DNA from: Ascidiella aspersa
Lineage: Eukaryota
DNA: 64,000 nucleotides
Direction of reading: 5' to 3'
Assembly: GCA_963924565.1 (NCBI GenBank)
Contig: OZ004613.1
Span: forward strand, 15,934,001-15,998,000
Shown: piece by piece, positions 48,201 to 61,283 of the stretch
Numbering within the stretch: the stretch's first letter is position 1
Layout of the letters: every line of letters starts with the position of its first letter
Program-made: the position numbers and the translations under genes
The notes under the pieces: model-generated
What the model was told of the DNA's origin: nothing
What the model saw: the letters and a program-made list of their open reading frames with translations, nothing else
Database searches by the model: none

Positions 48201-51200
48201 TTAATTTATTGTTCTGTTAGCATACATTTTGCTAGTGATAGATGCTTAAGTGTTTGGTTTAGAAAAACGTTGTTTTAATTAACAGACCAGTTTTTAAAGG
48301 TTATATAAAAGAATAATTTTCTTAATACATTCGTTTATTGATACGAACCAGAAATAATATAGGCTTCTCGGATATTTTTGAAAAGGGAAACAAAAGCGGA
48401 GAGCTAAAAGTGTAATTTATTTGTCTGGCGTCCCAGCGAATCGCCATATATATTTTAAAATGGCCGCGCATTTTCCTCGCCAACTTAGTAAGGTACTCTT
48501 TCTCTCATAAATACAAGCAGCAAGCAAATTTCCTATTTATGCTGTCCCTCATAAAGGTTCTTATACATTTGCAAGTCAAATACTTATTTATAACTATAAG
48601 CCCAGGACTGATAATACGCCGCAACTATTAAATATATTTAAACTTATTCATTTTTTGAAAATATCAAATTGTTGTTTTTTATGTAAATTTGCGCCATGTT
48701 GGGAGCTGCTAAACTTTAGATCAGAGCTGCTAAACTGTTTAGCAGACGCAACGTGTTCCAAAACTCAATAATTTTAAATAGTCAAAGTTAAAGTTTTGTG
48801 GATATTTGTATACACTTTATAGTATATGCTAAATAATAACGTTTTTGGGGCGAATTCCAAGGAAACATACAAACCATGAATATAAGTAGTTGTAAACATG
48901 TATGCAACAAAAACTATAGGGTTTCCTACTACTGCAGTCCCGACGACGCAAACACAATTTAGCATTATTACCTTATATTTTATCCTAATTTTGTATAATG
49001 AGTAAATGGTATGCCCTAAATAAATAACTACCAGGATCAAGTGTGTAAGCAGATTTTTAGGTGGTCATGCCTACCACTAAACTGTAGTTTTGCCTATTTT
49101 AGTTAGGTAATTGCAAAAAAAGAATCAAGTTTCCAGTATCTCTTAACCCATTTAAAATCGTTTTAACCCAAAGGCGTCGTGCATCTCATCGCACCCTCGA
49201 AGATGAAAGTATTGAAAGCTAAAACGATATTAGCCGGTTTTACGCCTTGTGCGACTCGATAGGCCTGCCATCATTGTGATGTAGCTTATGTATTAAATGC
49301 TAAACCTCTTCAACCTAAAACTTTATCGAAATAAACGAAGTAAGTGATGTTATTAAAGTTACTTCTTTATCAAGTTTATATGTAACTTTGTGACGCCACG
49401 TAATGACGTGACTTTATGACGTCATCTGTGAAAAACTATGGCCCCTCAAACAAAATTCCTGGGTCCACGCCCATTACCTTTACCCCTCTCTGCGAATGGT
49501 AACACGCCTCGGAACAATGGTTGTGCTTTGTCACCAATAAATATTCATTAAAAAAACATACGCGATTTCAAATAAAAAATAGTCCGAAACCTATATAAAG
49601 ACCATTTTGAAATTGCGTTTTATTATTTACCAATATGCTTTGTCTAAATTTGAGACAAAAATTAATTATCAGACACTAATCCGCAGCAACTTTTCAGCTC
49701 GCGGCATTAAGAATTCAGTACTTTATTGAATAGTCGCATCGAATAAATTAACGTGTGGTGAATGTTTACCGCACCAGTTTACGCGGAGTAATGTGTTGTG
49801 GGTCACAAACAGGGGCAGACCAAGGGCAGTCCCATTCCCAAGCTATGCTTTTTGCTAAATTTGTTTTTTAAATTTTTAGTTTTTATATGGGCCGTTTTTA
49901 AATCTATTTAGCCCAAAAGCGCTATGTATATTTCTGTAAAATAACACTACGGGTGCCATTAGCTGTATATTTATGCACGAGTTCGCACATGAATGAACTT
50001 CAGTATGCGGCCAGCGAAAATGTATTTTGATTGGTGCGTCATAATACAATTAAATAACTTTTAATAGGACTAAAAAAGATTGAACAATTCAACACATTTA
50101 TTATTGTGAATAACTTTCTAAAAGGGATATAACACAACACACATTTGGATATCAGCATTCGGGTTGTACAGGTGTGGCCAACCCACAGCTCGTCAGCCGC
50201 ATGCGCAAGTTACGATTGTATTGTTTTTCTGTTTTTAGATGCACCGTGTCAATTTCGTTTGCTTAAGTCACCGATCCAGCAGGTTCCGGCTCAGACCCTA
50301 TTACTTTCTGTTAAATCATGTTATCAGATGTTAGAAACGAAAACTTTTTAACAAATCTCACGTTCTTAATATTAATTTACGTTTATGTAAGCACACCTTA
50401 TTATTTGTGTGTTAACATTTCAATAAACTGATCTGTGTAAATGTATATTAGTAGGGTGGAAACACAGTGTTGTTCATTGCTGCCAATGTGTATGTCATGA
50501 CTCTTTACGATAAACACAGTACGTTTGAGTAAGTAATGTGGACTGATTAGCCATCCCTGAGAAAGTGGAACCACGAACTTATTTGTCAAATTTATTTAAT
50601 GAACTTATTTGTCGTTGGTTTGTCGCGACTCGCAACAATCCGCACAAAATGCACACCAACTGCGATCGCACCAAAAACAATAATTTTATATATCTCAATA
50701 TAAATTTAGGTTTCTTTTTAGTTTTTTATTAAAAATGCAACAACTTCAGGTCAAATTTATTAAATCTTCAATTTAAATTTACATGTAATTATTATCAGTT
50801 TCTCATAATGAGAAAGGGTTTAGCATAATACTAACGTTTCGTGACGCCAGTGTTCCGTCAGTACATCCATACCAGGGAAAATTCTTTTATAGCCAAAAGA
50901 AACAGACGCCTTATTTGAATACATGTTGTGTAGTCTGCATAATACAACGAGGCCAAATGAGACCTATTAACTTTCTGAAAACCATAATATCACCAGACAA
51001 CTTTTTAATTTTAACTGCCTGTCCTATGTAACAAACAAATGTAAGCATACATAATGAGAAAATGGCATATTACATCCACAAAAAATCATTTTTTGTGTGT
51101 AAGGACATAATTGTTGGCGCATTGTTGTAGTCAATGTCAACTTAACAAACCAGTTAAGTCAATTTAACAAACAAGTTATTACTGTATTGAAAGTTTACAA

Positions 51201-52663
51201 GGTTACAACTTGAACAATTATGTGCTTTTAAAGGCTTATCCTTGGATTTATTGTTTAGCGCAGCTTGGATTTATTGATTTTTTTGCAATGATTCTAATGG
51301 TTTCGTTAGGGTTGTACACCACTCCTACGGCGCTGTACAAGCTCTGTTTTGCCAACTTTACGATTGAAACTGCAAAAAAATTTGGCGCTTCGCGCGAAGC
51401 GTTTGTTAATCTTTTATTTCCTACGTTCTATCCAAAAGTGCCATTGCATGTTTACATATCATGAAAGGTATAACGGCCCCCCTATTTAATTTAACAATTT
51501 TGTTAACTTATTGTTAAACGTTAGAAGTCATCCCCTATTCGAACTATTTTTTATCAATATTTTATATAGGGTAAGAGGCTAGCAACAGGGGGACTTGAAC
51601 TTTTATGCGCAAAACTATTACGTTTTTGCAATATTGCCGTTGTATTGTGTGCCGTCACATCTCTTGAAACACGATAACTTAATGTTTCATTTTTGCGCTT
51701 GACATTTTAATTTGCGCTCGACATCACCGCCCTACAACTGTGGTCCAGCAAATACCATCACAACACGTTTGTCAATATCAGCTCGCTAAAAATCAATGTG
51801 TCGAGCACGAGCAATTTGTTGTGTGCCCAAAGGGTGCTACTGTATTACCGAAACATGCAGGGATGTTTTGCAATGCGGATTTGTTAGGGATGCGGGTTAT
51901 CACCAATCGGGAATAAGATTGAAAAATGTCAGCTTGAAAAATGCAAACAAACAATGTGGGCAACGCCAAAATGAAGTGTTGTGGAATTTGTCACGATTTT
52001 TCATGGTAAATTTTCGGAAAAGATTGCGGAATTTCATTTAGCCATGGAAACAAAAGATTAACTTTAGATTTGCGACAGCCACTGGCCAAACGTTGCTCAA
52101 AGTGGCGACGCCCAATTTACCGTCTGAAACTCATTTGCTTACTGCATAATATTTAGGAATTTAACAATGTTAAAAGAAGCTGCTAAAATTATTTGGCTGT
52201 CGCTTTTATCTTTATCGAATTGGACAAAATGATAATTGACAAAAATTTTAACTGTTTGTTTTAAACAGGTAGCCAGACATTAATATCGTTGTGAAAAAAC
52301 AAACGTCGTCGTACACGGCAATACATCTCGAGTACCCAAAATCGCGCGCCCCTAGTGAAATATATCTTTTAGGATTTTGGCAAGTAGGCTACAAGCTTGA
52401 AAAGCGTAGCCCAAATTGCTTTTAGGACTCTTTAAACCACAGGTCCGGATGGTTCAAGGTTGACAGTATCATGTGTCACAATATTGTGTATGTTGTTTCA
52501 GGTCACATCAAGTAAGCTGACGTGAGTGTCAGGGTCGGAATAAGGATTTTTGTTTAGTCGAGTCATTTTAAACGATGACGTCACAAAGTGACAAAAACTT
52601 AGTGAGTTTAAAAAGTGCATCGTCCAACCCACTGCGCTCTCGAAATAGGATATACCTCCAACA

Positions 52664-53152
52664 CAGTGGTCGGCAAACATTTTTTGTCGCGGCCCAAAAG
52701 TACCCTTTTCATAGCTATCAAAGACCCACTACGTAAAAGCACTACAAAAACAGTGTGGAATAGAGAATATTTGATTTGAAGGTGAAGTATTACACGGCGC
52801 CTTGATGCCCAAAACTCTTGCATACCATTATGTAAAACATAGCGTACTATAAAACAAAGAACATGCGCGCGAAGCGCGAAAAAATTTTCGTTCTTATATA
52901 GTTAAAGTTGGAAAATATATATAGTTTAATAGGTTTTCAGGTACCATATTTGGCACGTCGGCCTTTCCAAGCTAAGCTAATTTAAAATTTCTCTGCCACG
53001 CAAACTTTTAAAATAAAGTGCAATAAATGCACGACCATAACGCGGCCCACAACTACATGATAACACTAAGCTATTCAAAAATAACTCGCGGCCCACTAAA
53101 ATTGGCTCTGCGGCTCACATTTGGGCCGCGGCCCACAGTTTGCCGACCACTG
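52664..53152. mobile_element. hAT-type MITE (489 bp)
   Basis: TIR CAGTGGTCGGCAAAC; TSD CTCCAACA/CTCTAACA; subterminal GCGGCCCA repeats. Confidence 0.9.
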
Positions 53153-56100
53153 CTCTAACAGTACGTTTATATTATATATATATATTTAAACAAAGTTGCC
53201 ACAAGGGTCTTTTGCTAAACACTTATTTTTTTTTTTTTTTTTTATTTAGGTAACTTTTATTACTTTTCCAATACGATGCGCAACGCGTTTTTAAACTGCT
53301 TTTACAAGGCTTTTTGTTACCTTATTAGCGTAATCAATTCGATGTGGAAAGTCCTTAAACTAACAAATGCGATTTAAATAAACTGATCTTGATATGACAT
53401 ATGACTTTTTTTGCAATTCCATTACAACAAACGTATAACATATTTTACTAAGTAAATAATTATGTTTTAAAAATGTTTTATTGTAGACCAGTATTTGGCG
53501 TTCTTAAAAATCAAATTTATTTAATAAAAAGGTAACGTTTTTGACATTTGTTGTATTTCTGATAAAAAACTAAGGTCGCCGAAATAACTTATTACCTTAA
53601 CCAGTAGACGGATTTTTATATATTTTGTTTAGGTTTGATAGAACAGCAACCGACTGCACTGACTTGGCGGGGAACAATCGGTCGCAAAGATCTGGACGTG
53701 GGACGATATGGTGAAGGTTATGCAATGACGCCTAGCAGACATTTTAGACGGCTTTCTACATACGTTTTGTTTGAAACCATATATACTTATTTATACTGAT
53801 ACAGCTTCACTTCTCTTTGCCGTCGTGCCAAAGGCTTCAATTTCACAGACATTGTGAACAAATTGAGATTGACAATTTCGCAAAGAGTCACGAAGTTTCA
53901 ACTGTACGATCGCTATCGAGTGTCAAAAACGTGCACAGCAGACAGCTTTAGGATGGTCGGTGGTCGCATACTGCTACGAAATCGGTCACGTTTTGGAGGC
54001 ACGCTTATCGTTTCTTGCATCATCGGCCTTCACCTTTGCCAATAAAGGTCAAAGGGAAAACAAAGCATATCCGGGGAGCTTAGGAAAATATTTAACGCTG
54101 TAATAGACTGTGCAGTTGCCTTTTTTTCTTTGTTCATTGGCATTGTCGCATTTAGTCCTTGCCGGATTTAGGTACAATCCGAACTGCCATATCGTCAAAT
54201 ATAATAAAATATAGTACGCCCTAAACCTTACAAAAATTTTTTAAGATACGAGAGGAAATACCTTCCAAGGAAGCGATTGATTTATATGTAATGGCATTCC
54301 CAAGGCTAAATCAGTGCCAACATTCTCCCGTTGCATCTCTTGCATATTTGGTTTGGTTTGTAAGCCGGTCGCTGGTCATTATTCTGTTCGCAAGGCGTCG
54401 CAAGAGAAAGGCGGAGTTCTGTCGCGAACATCGCTCAATCGTCGCCGAACAAAGGGTGCGGTCAAGTCACACTGCGCGTTTGACGTATAGCACCGGAATT
54501 ACGTATTTTGTTGAATATCACACAACTCAAATAACTGTCGTTAAAACTTAAGGTTTTACGTTTGTTAACGGTATCCGATCGATAAATCTCGAGGGTTTTC
54601 GTTACGTTAAACACGTGTGACGTGCTTGAAAAGTGTTGTGTATTTAGTCTTTCCAGTTCAAATTAACACACAACACTGTGTTTTGGTCAGTCGCTATGTT
54701 CTCATTTCGTAAGAAACCAAGTCCCGTCTCCACCCGAAGCGAGACGCGTCGCGTTACTCTTTAAAAAGATCATTTTTTGCCAGACAAAAAAAAATCATTT
54801 TCTCCCAGACAAATCAAATAACTCTCTTTCTATGAGAGAGTAACGAAGCAATGAGCGAGCGTCGTCGCAATAATGTAATTGGTCATAGCAATTTTTTATT
54901 TAAACGGTCACGGGTTGAAGCTTCATTGCTTCTTACTATAAAAATTTAGGCACAGTTTGCAAAATATCACGTTTAATGCGGCGATTTTAACAATAAGCAA
55001 TTTTCACTTTACAACGGGTTACGGATTTCTCGTACGTTGGACGCTGTTCGGTACTAGGATGACGTATTTTCTTAAAAATTATGCAAGTCGAATGACTTCT
55101 ACCACACGGGTCGTATCTGTAACATACTTTGATTAAACATCAGGAAGCTTACGCGGATTTTGTACAACAAACCTACCCGAGAATAATTTGACAGTGATTT
55201 AGGCCCAAGCTTAATGGCTTTTTACAGTGTTTTACCCAGGCAAAATCTGGCAGAGTTTGCAAAATATCACGATTATGCAGCAATTTAAACGGTGGGTAAT
55301 TTTATTTTAAAACTGGATTTGTCTTACGTTTGGCGCAGTTTTGCACCTGGGTTATGTATTTGCTTAAATATCAATCAAGTCGAACATTTGCTGCTGCAAC
55401 TTAAGGTTGTGCGTTTGTTAGTGATTTCCGAGCCTATATTTCACTGGTTTTCGTTACGTTAAACAAGGTGTGACATGCTTTGCCAAATGTTGTGTGCTAT
55501 AGCCGAGTGTTTAGTTGTCTTATTTCAGAAACAACACACAACATTGGCGTTCAGTTGTATGTTAAATCATGTCGAGTACATCGATCAAACCACCTAAAAT
55601 GTTGCGCCACATCAGTGGTGAATTAAAGTCCGTTCTTAAGTGCGGGAAATAGTCCAAAACCCATTTAAGAACGCCCTTTATTGGGTCACCGTATGTCACG
55701 TTTAAATATCATTTCGCGTACATTAATGAAATGGGGTAAAAATAAACTTTAATGTCCTCTTGTAACAGGAATGTTTATTCCTGAGTTAATGTTTTGGTGC
55801 CAAATACATTTAATACGAGATAAAAGTTGAAAAGGTACCTTACCATAAATGCAGATAGAAGGCGCTATGTTCATTTTGGTTTCAATTCAGTTTTCCCCTA
55901 AAACTGGAATGTTGTTGTTTTTTTCCGTTCTTTTATTGAACAGTGTTTTAAAAACAGTTATACATACATAACTTTATTCTCATGGTAAAGAAGTCTAGGA
56001 ATGAAATGCCAATGGAGGAGGTTGTCGAATCTTAACAAAAGCAAAAATAAGAAATCTGTTTTATCATAATACCATGAAATAACATAATTTTATTTGAACA

Positions 56101-57317
56101 GTGCATAGATTCGTGTAACTGGCAATTTGTTTAAAACATATGAATGTTGCTTTCAATATTGCCTAAGTTATCTCTTTATACCGTGACTTATTTTGTTGAT
56201 AAAATTTGTGAAAACGTAATAATAATAAACATAAATCAAAATATATAAATCTAAAGAAAATCATTTGTTCCATACACTTCTTAAGTCTGATTCCTGAGGC
56301 GTATTACTAACTTATAGGTTCGAATCTTTATTAAATTAAAAATACTATTATTTCTATAAAAGATTTGGTATTCTTTTTTCTGTTATTGTTATTTTGTACT
56401 ATAAACTTTCATTAAAACTTGGTATGTGTTTCCACAAGAGAGTCTTGACCTCCAACAGAACACATAATGCCGAAAATAAAAGTTCCAAAATGCTCTGCCC
56501 AGTACGTCGATCAAACCAAGAACCGGTTTTCCTTTAGAAGGAACGAACACCGAGCTACCAATACATTTAACCCCACGACAACCAACGACAACGCAGCGCT
56601 GCTCCACCATTCAAGAAACACCCGCATATTGCCGAATATGTTTTACGGTCAATTTCGTTGAATAGCCAGACACCAGCAAGCTCGATGAATGTGAGGCTAA
56701 ATGGCTCAAACCTACCAGAGCCTCAATTAACATTAAAAAAATGATATAACCCCAAATTCGGTAGTAATTTTGTTTTTGCGGTTTAGTATTTACCGATTTT
56801 CGTTTTTCGTTGTGCGTTGTACCGCTCTATTTTTCGGGATGTAAGCTGTATGCCGCTTTTGTGCTAATCTGTCGTTTTGCTTTTGCCTCTCCACCGTCAT
56901 CTGGTGTCTCTATCTACCGTGTTTTGTTACGTCACTGTTTTACATGCCCCTTTCCCTCTGGGCAGTATCAGTGGCTTTCTGCGACCGCTTCACGTATCTC
57001 GATTTCATTCTTTTTACTTTAGTGGCTGGCGTTAAATGCAGCTTGTCTCTGTCCATGTCAGTGTTGATGTATTTTATTTATTTATTTTACATTTTAATTT
57101 TTTTAATATTTTTACTATGTATTTACTCGTACAGATAAACTGATAATGCCATTTATTTATATGACGAAATGCATATTTACATTAAAAGTTTAAGACCTTG
57201 CTGACTGATTTTTGTTCGAAGCGGTGCGCTTTTCAAGCTATTATAACCTTTCATTGTGATATTATTTACGTGGATGAGTTTTTAAAAGTGGTTACTGATA
57301 ATTTATAATTAACCTGC

Positions 57318-57566
57318 TAATTGTCCTTTTCTTATGTTTTATCTTGATCAGATGTTATGTTTTAATTCACTGTGGATTCTAACCTGTCCAAATAGGTAAT
57401 CCTTGCGACTGTATTTTTATTTGTATCAGACAAGCACATTTAATTGTCCTTTTCTTATGTTTTATCTTGATCAGATGTTATGTTTTAATTCACTGTGGAT
57501 TCTAACCTGTCCAAATAGGTAATCCTTGCGACTGTATTTTTATTTGTATCAGACAAGCACATTTAA
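57318..57566. repeat. Perfect tandem duplication, 2 x 123 bp
   Basis: 57318-57440 is identical to 57441-57563; TAA microhomology at the junctions. Confidence 0.95.
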
Positions 57567-57743
57567 AAATTTTGGTCAGTTTTCGGTGAACTTGCGGACC
57601 CCGTGGGACCTTCTTACGGGGTCCGTCGACCTCTGGTTGGGAAGCACTGTATACTCGGTTAATGTGTGTCCCAAGTTCTGTTTTGCATGGTGATAATCCA
57701 CTGGCATTAATACCTTTTAGTCTCGATAATGGATTTGCTCCTA

Positions 57744-58290
57744 CTATTTTAGGCTCATGTTATAAGAGATGCAAATGTATCGACGGTTGTTCTTTGTACC
57801 AAAATAAATCGATATCATTGATTTGAATCTGTTGCAGTGATACAGGATTATGATAGCAATGTCTGTATTAGTTGCTTTGATTACTCTCTTGTCTTTTTGC
57901 CTGTCAACTGATAAAGCATTAGGAAAAATCTTTGTATCAGCTTCCTCATGGTTGTTTTTCAATTTGCTCACCATGTCCTATTTCACCGCGCCGCACTCTT
58001 TAGCATAGATGTAGTAACACTTGCCCAGGACATCCAGACGACTTCAAAATCGCTCAAAATTGCATAGTATGCATTACGACGGCACTCCTTTACTAGGAAC
58101 TGGTAACTCCTTTTTGAAAGACCTTGACTTAAAAGCATCTTTTAGATTCTTCGAAATCTCCTCTGCAAGTAATGAAATATATACTTTCATCTCATCCTCT
58201 TCTGTCCCTCTCTGTGTCCTTTATGAAGGTTGTGGATAGTCATGAAAATAGTATGCACATTCTTCGCCGGTGTTGCCAAACTTTGTGTGA
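57744..58290 (-). pseudogene. XPG/FEN1-like (PIN-fold) nuclease fragment of a transposon protein
   Basis: NHEEADTKIF...VIKATNTDIAII, and with frameshifts VHTIFHDYPQPS.KDTERDRRG and DAFKSRSFKKEL. Confidence 0.7.
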
Positions 58291-60868
58291 GGAAATCAAG
58301 TACCAAAATCCATTATCGAGACCGAAAGGTAGCAATTCCAGTGGTTTACCGCCATGTAAAACTTGTGGCACACATTAACCGAGTAGCATTTGTGGCGCGA
58401 AACTGGGTTAGAATCAACAACAATGCTTCCCATCAGTAACCAAGTGAAAATAATGAATGGGAGTTAAGGGACCACAGAGAATTAAGCAACACATCTGTTG
58501 AAGATAAAACACAAGATAGGGAGAATGAGTAATTGAAAATTATCAGTTGCCACTTTTCAAAACTCATCCACTTGGATAATATTACAGTGGAAAGTTCTAG
58601 TGAAAAATAAACAATAACAGAAAAAAAGATACAACAAAATATCAGAACTTTGATAGAAATAGGAGTATTGTTAATTGATAAAGATTTAATCTCGTAATAC
58701 GCCCTAAGAATCAGTCTTAAAAAGTGTACAAAACATAAGATTTTTTTTAGTTATATATTTTAACTTATGTTTTTTTATCATCGTACATTTACACAAATGT
58801 TATCAACAAATTAAGTTATAAATAGATAACAAGGATAATATTGATATAACATTCTTATGTTTTAAATAGGTTGCCAGTCATACGAATCTTTGTGATGTTC
58901 AAATAAAATCATGTTATATCATGGCATTGTGATAAACAGATTTCTTCGTTTTGGTTTTTGTTAAGATTCGACAACATCCTCCATTGGCATTTCATTCCTC
59001 TTTCTTTACCATGAGAATAAAGTTATGTATGTATAACTGTTCTTGAAACATTTTTCATCAAAAGAACTTCAAAAACAACTACATTCCAGGTTAGGGTGAA
59101 TCTGAATTGATACAAAAATGAACATAGCGCCTTCTATCGGCATTTATGGTAGAGTGCCTGATACATTTGACACGTTCTTAAATGTATTTTGCGCAAAAAC
59201 GTCAACTTAAAAATTACCATTCCTGTTACGGGGGGTATAAAGTTTATTTCCCCCCAGTTTCATTAATGCACGAGAAATGATATTCAAACGTGATATGTTG
59301 ACCAAATAAAGGGGTTCTTAAATGGGTTCTGCACCATCTAGATAGGTTTGATCGATGTACTCGACCTAATATTTAAACCGACATTTTGTGGTTTAGTCAA
59401 AAGCCCCCCTTTTGAAACGCACCAAATTCATAACTTAAGAACTGCCTTTTGGGGGTCCATGTGGGGCCCTTATGCTCCAAATAGCCAAACCTTTTGTACC
59501 CGACATGCTATTTAAATTTTGCTCCCGGGTTAATTGCTCTTTAGGTTGTATATTAAATTTGCATTGAACAGTAAGTTTTATAATAATTGTTGTTTACAAT
59601 AAGGAGTAATTGATTGGATTTTTTAGAGTAGAGCGGATAATTTTCATCACAAAACAAAGTTTGGCTTATCGAAGTTTTGCCAGGTTTTGGACATAAAAAT
59701 ATAATAGAAAAACAATGGAAAACAGTTTAAACTTGAGTATATTGGCCCACCCAATACAATGACTGAAATTTGGAACAATAGATTTCTCTGTAGTATAAAA
59801 GCATGGAAATAGTATTTCATAAAACAGAGGCACAAACGAATAGAACACACCAGTAACAGTCCAAGCAGTGATGCTTCAAAGTTGTTATCGCAAAATGATA
59901 CATCAAGCAGTGAAAACATTTTTGTTAAACCGCCAACAGCTGCTTTAAACGATTTTTTGAATTATTGGAACGCTTCCTATTAACTGAAATTTCATAACGT
60001 CACAGATGAAACGTTGAGATGTAACAGACGATCAGCTGAGCGGCCGCCGGCCATATTAGGTGGTGGGAAATTTATTTTTTTATAAGAGAAAAATACCAGA
60101 CGAGTTGGTATTTAAACATTTTTTTAGTATTTTAATAGGATACGTCCAACGGCTTCAGCTCTAACCCATATAATCTGCGTTATTTTAATAATTATTTGAA
60201 TGCTGGAAAGAAGCCTAAACTCGGTTGACCATAACATAGTTTCTCGTCCAGGGTATATAGCATTGTTACGTCACAAATTGAGCTATTGGGACCTAAAGCG
60301 TTTATGTAATTATTAAATCAACGCATATTATTTGGGTTAGGGTGCTCATTAAAGTTTGGGTTTGGGTGGGTCAAGATTAAACTAATCTTCGTTAAGTCAA
60401 ATTAGTGCATTGTCCAAGACCTCAAAATTAAGAACTTTATAATGCAAAAAAATTGGTGTTGTATATATGGCGGGCCTAGGTGCCGCGGCACTGCGATTGG
60501 AAACCACTGGTTTAGAAAGTTAAAGTACAATCAAACTAAATCAATCAATCTTGTAAAGATAATGGTTTACTTTTATATGGTTCAAGGCTAATCCTAAGCC
60601 CTAACCTAGGGTATGTTTAACTATTGCTGATGGTGAGTAAAATTGACTTTTGACATATAGTTCCGACTCAATGGTTGTGTGTTCCATTTGCTTAGTCTAC
60701 CACAATAAATTGTACTTTCTGTGTTTAATAAATAACAACAAAACGAAGTTATAAAGTTTGGTACGAATACCCAGGATAGTTGCATACGGTCAGTTAAGCA
60801 GCCTATTAGTTAAGTGTAAACATTTTGTTTGTAATGGCCTGTGTAATAATTTCTCCACGCTCCCCTAC

Positions 60869-61245
60869 TGTTAAAATATTACATGTGATGCATGGTTGCG
60901 CATCGTGATACTCTATCACAAACTGTCGATAACTCGGTAAGATACTTTGCATTTTTACTAATTCTTGGTTACCACGTAAGTGACTTAGTTAAATTGAATT
61001 CGTTATTTATTTCCAGTTTGAACTTTGAAGTATTGTTGACCAAACTCTTGGTACTGTTTCGTTGTTTTCCTTCCACGTTTTTGGTGAGTTGAATTGTACA
61101 TTGTGACGTCATAGTCTTGCGTTGCGCTAATGATAATTATGTTTTCACAGCTTGCTGCGCTGCCACTGTGGACTATACGGTCACGGTTTTTAAACTGATG
61201 GTGATTGCTTCACTCAAAATAAAGTAATTCGTCAGAGGTTTTACA
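60869..61245 (+). repeat. Putative 5' LTR of the BEL/Pao element
   Basis: TGTTAAAA...AATAAA (61218)...GTTTTACA, followed by a degenerate PBS-like TGGATACTTCGA. Left boundary uncertain without the 3' LTR. Confidence 0.5.
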
Positions 61246-61283
61246 TTTTCTGTGGATACTTCGATCACTATCGGTGTTAAACC

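Larger units (their letters stand above)
55568..59368 (-). mobile_element. Long-TIR foldback DNA transposon relic, AcademX-like
   Basis: ~800-bp imperfect inverted arms (55568-~56395 and ~58605-59368) starting GTCGAGTACATCGATCAAACC. Right end is ...CTA. Central XPG/PIN-like coding relic. TSD not evident. Confidence 0.7.

Noticed and set aside
38061-55000. Many 60-127 aa ORFs in the supplied track
   Set aside because: No domain motifs or coherent exon chains; many use non-ATG starts and look like random ORFs.
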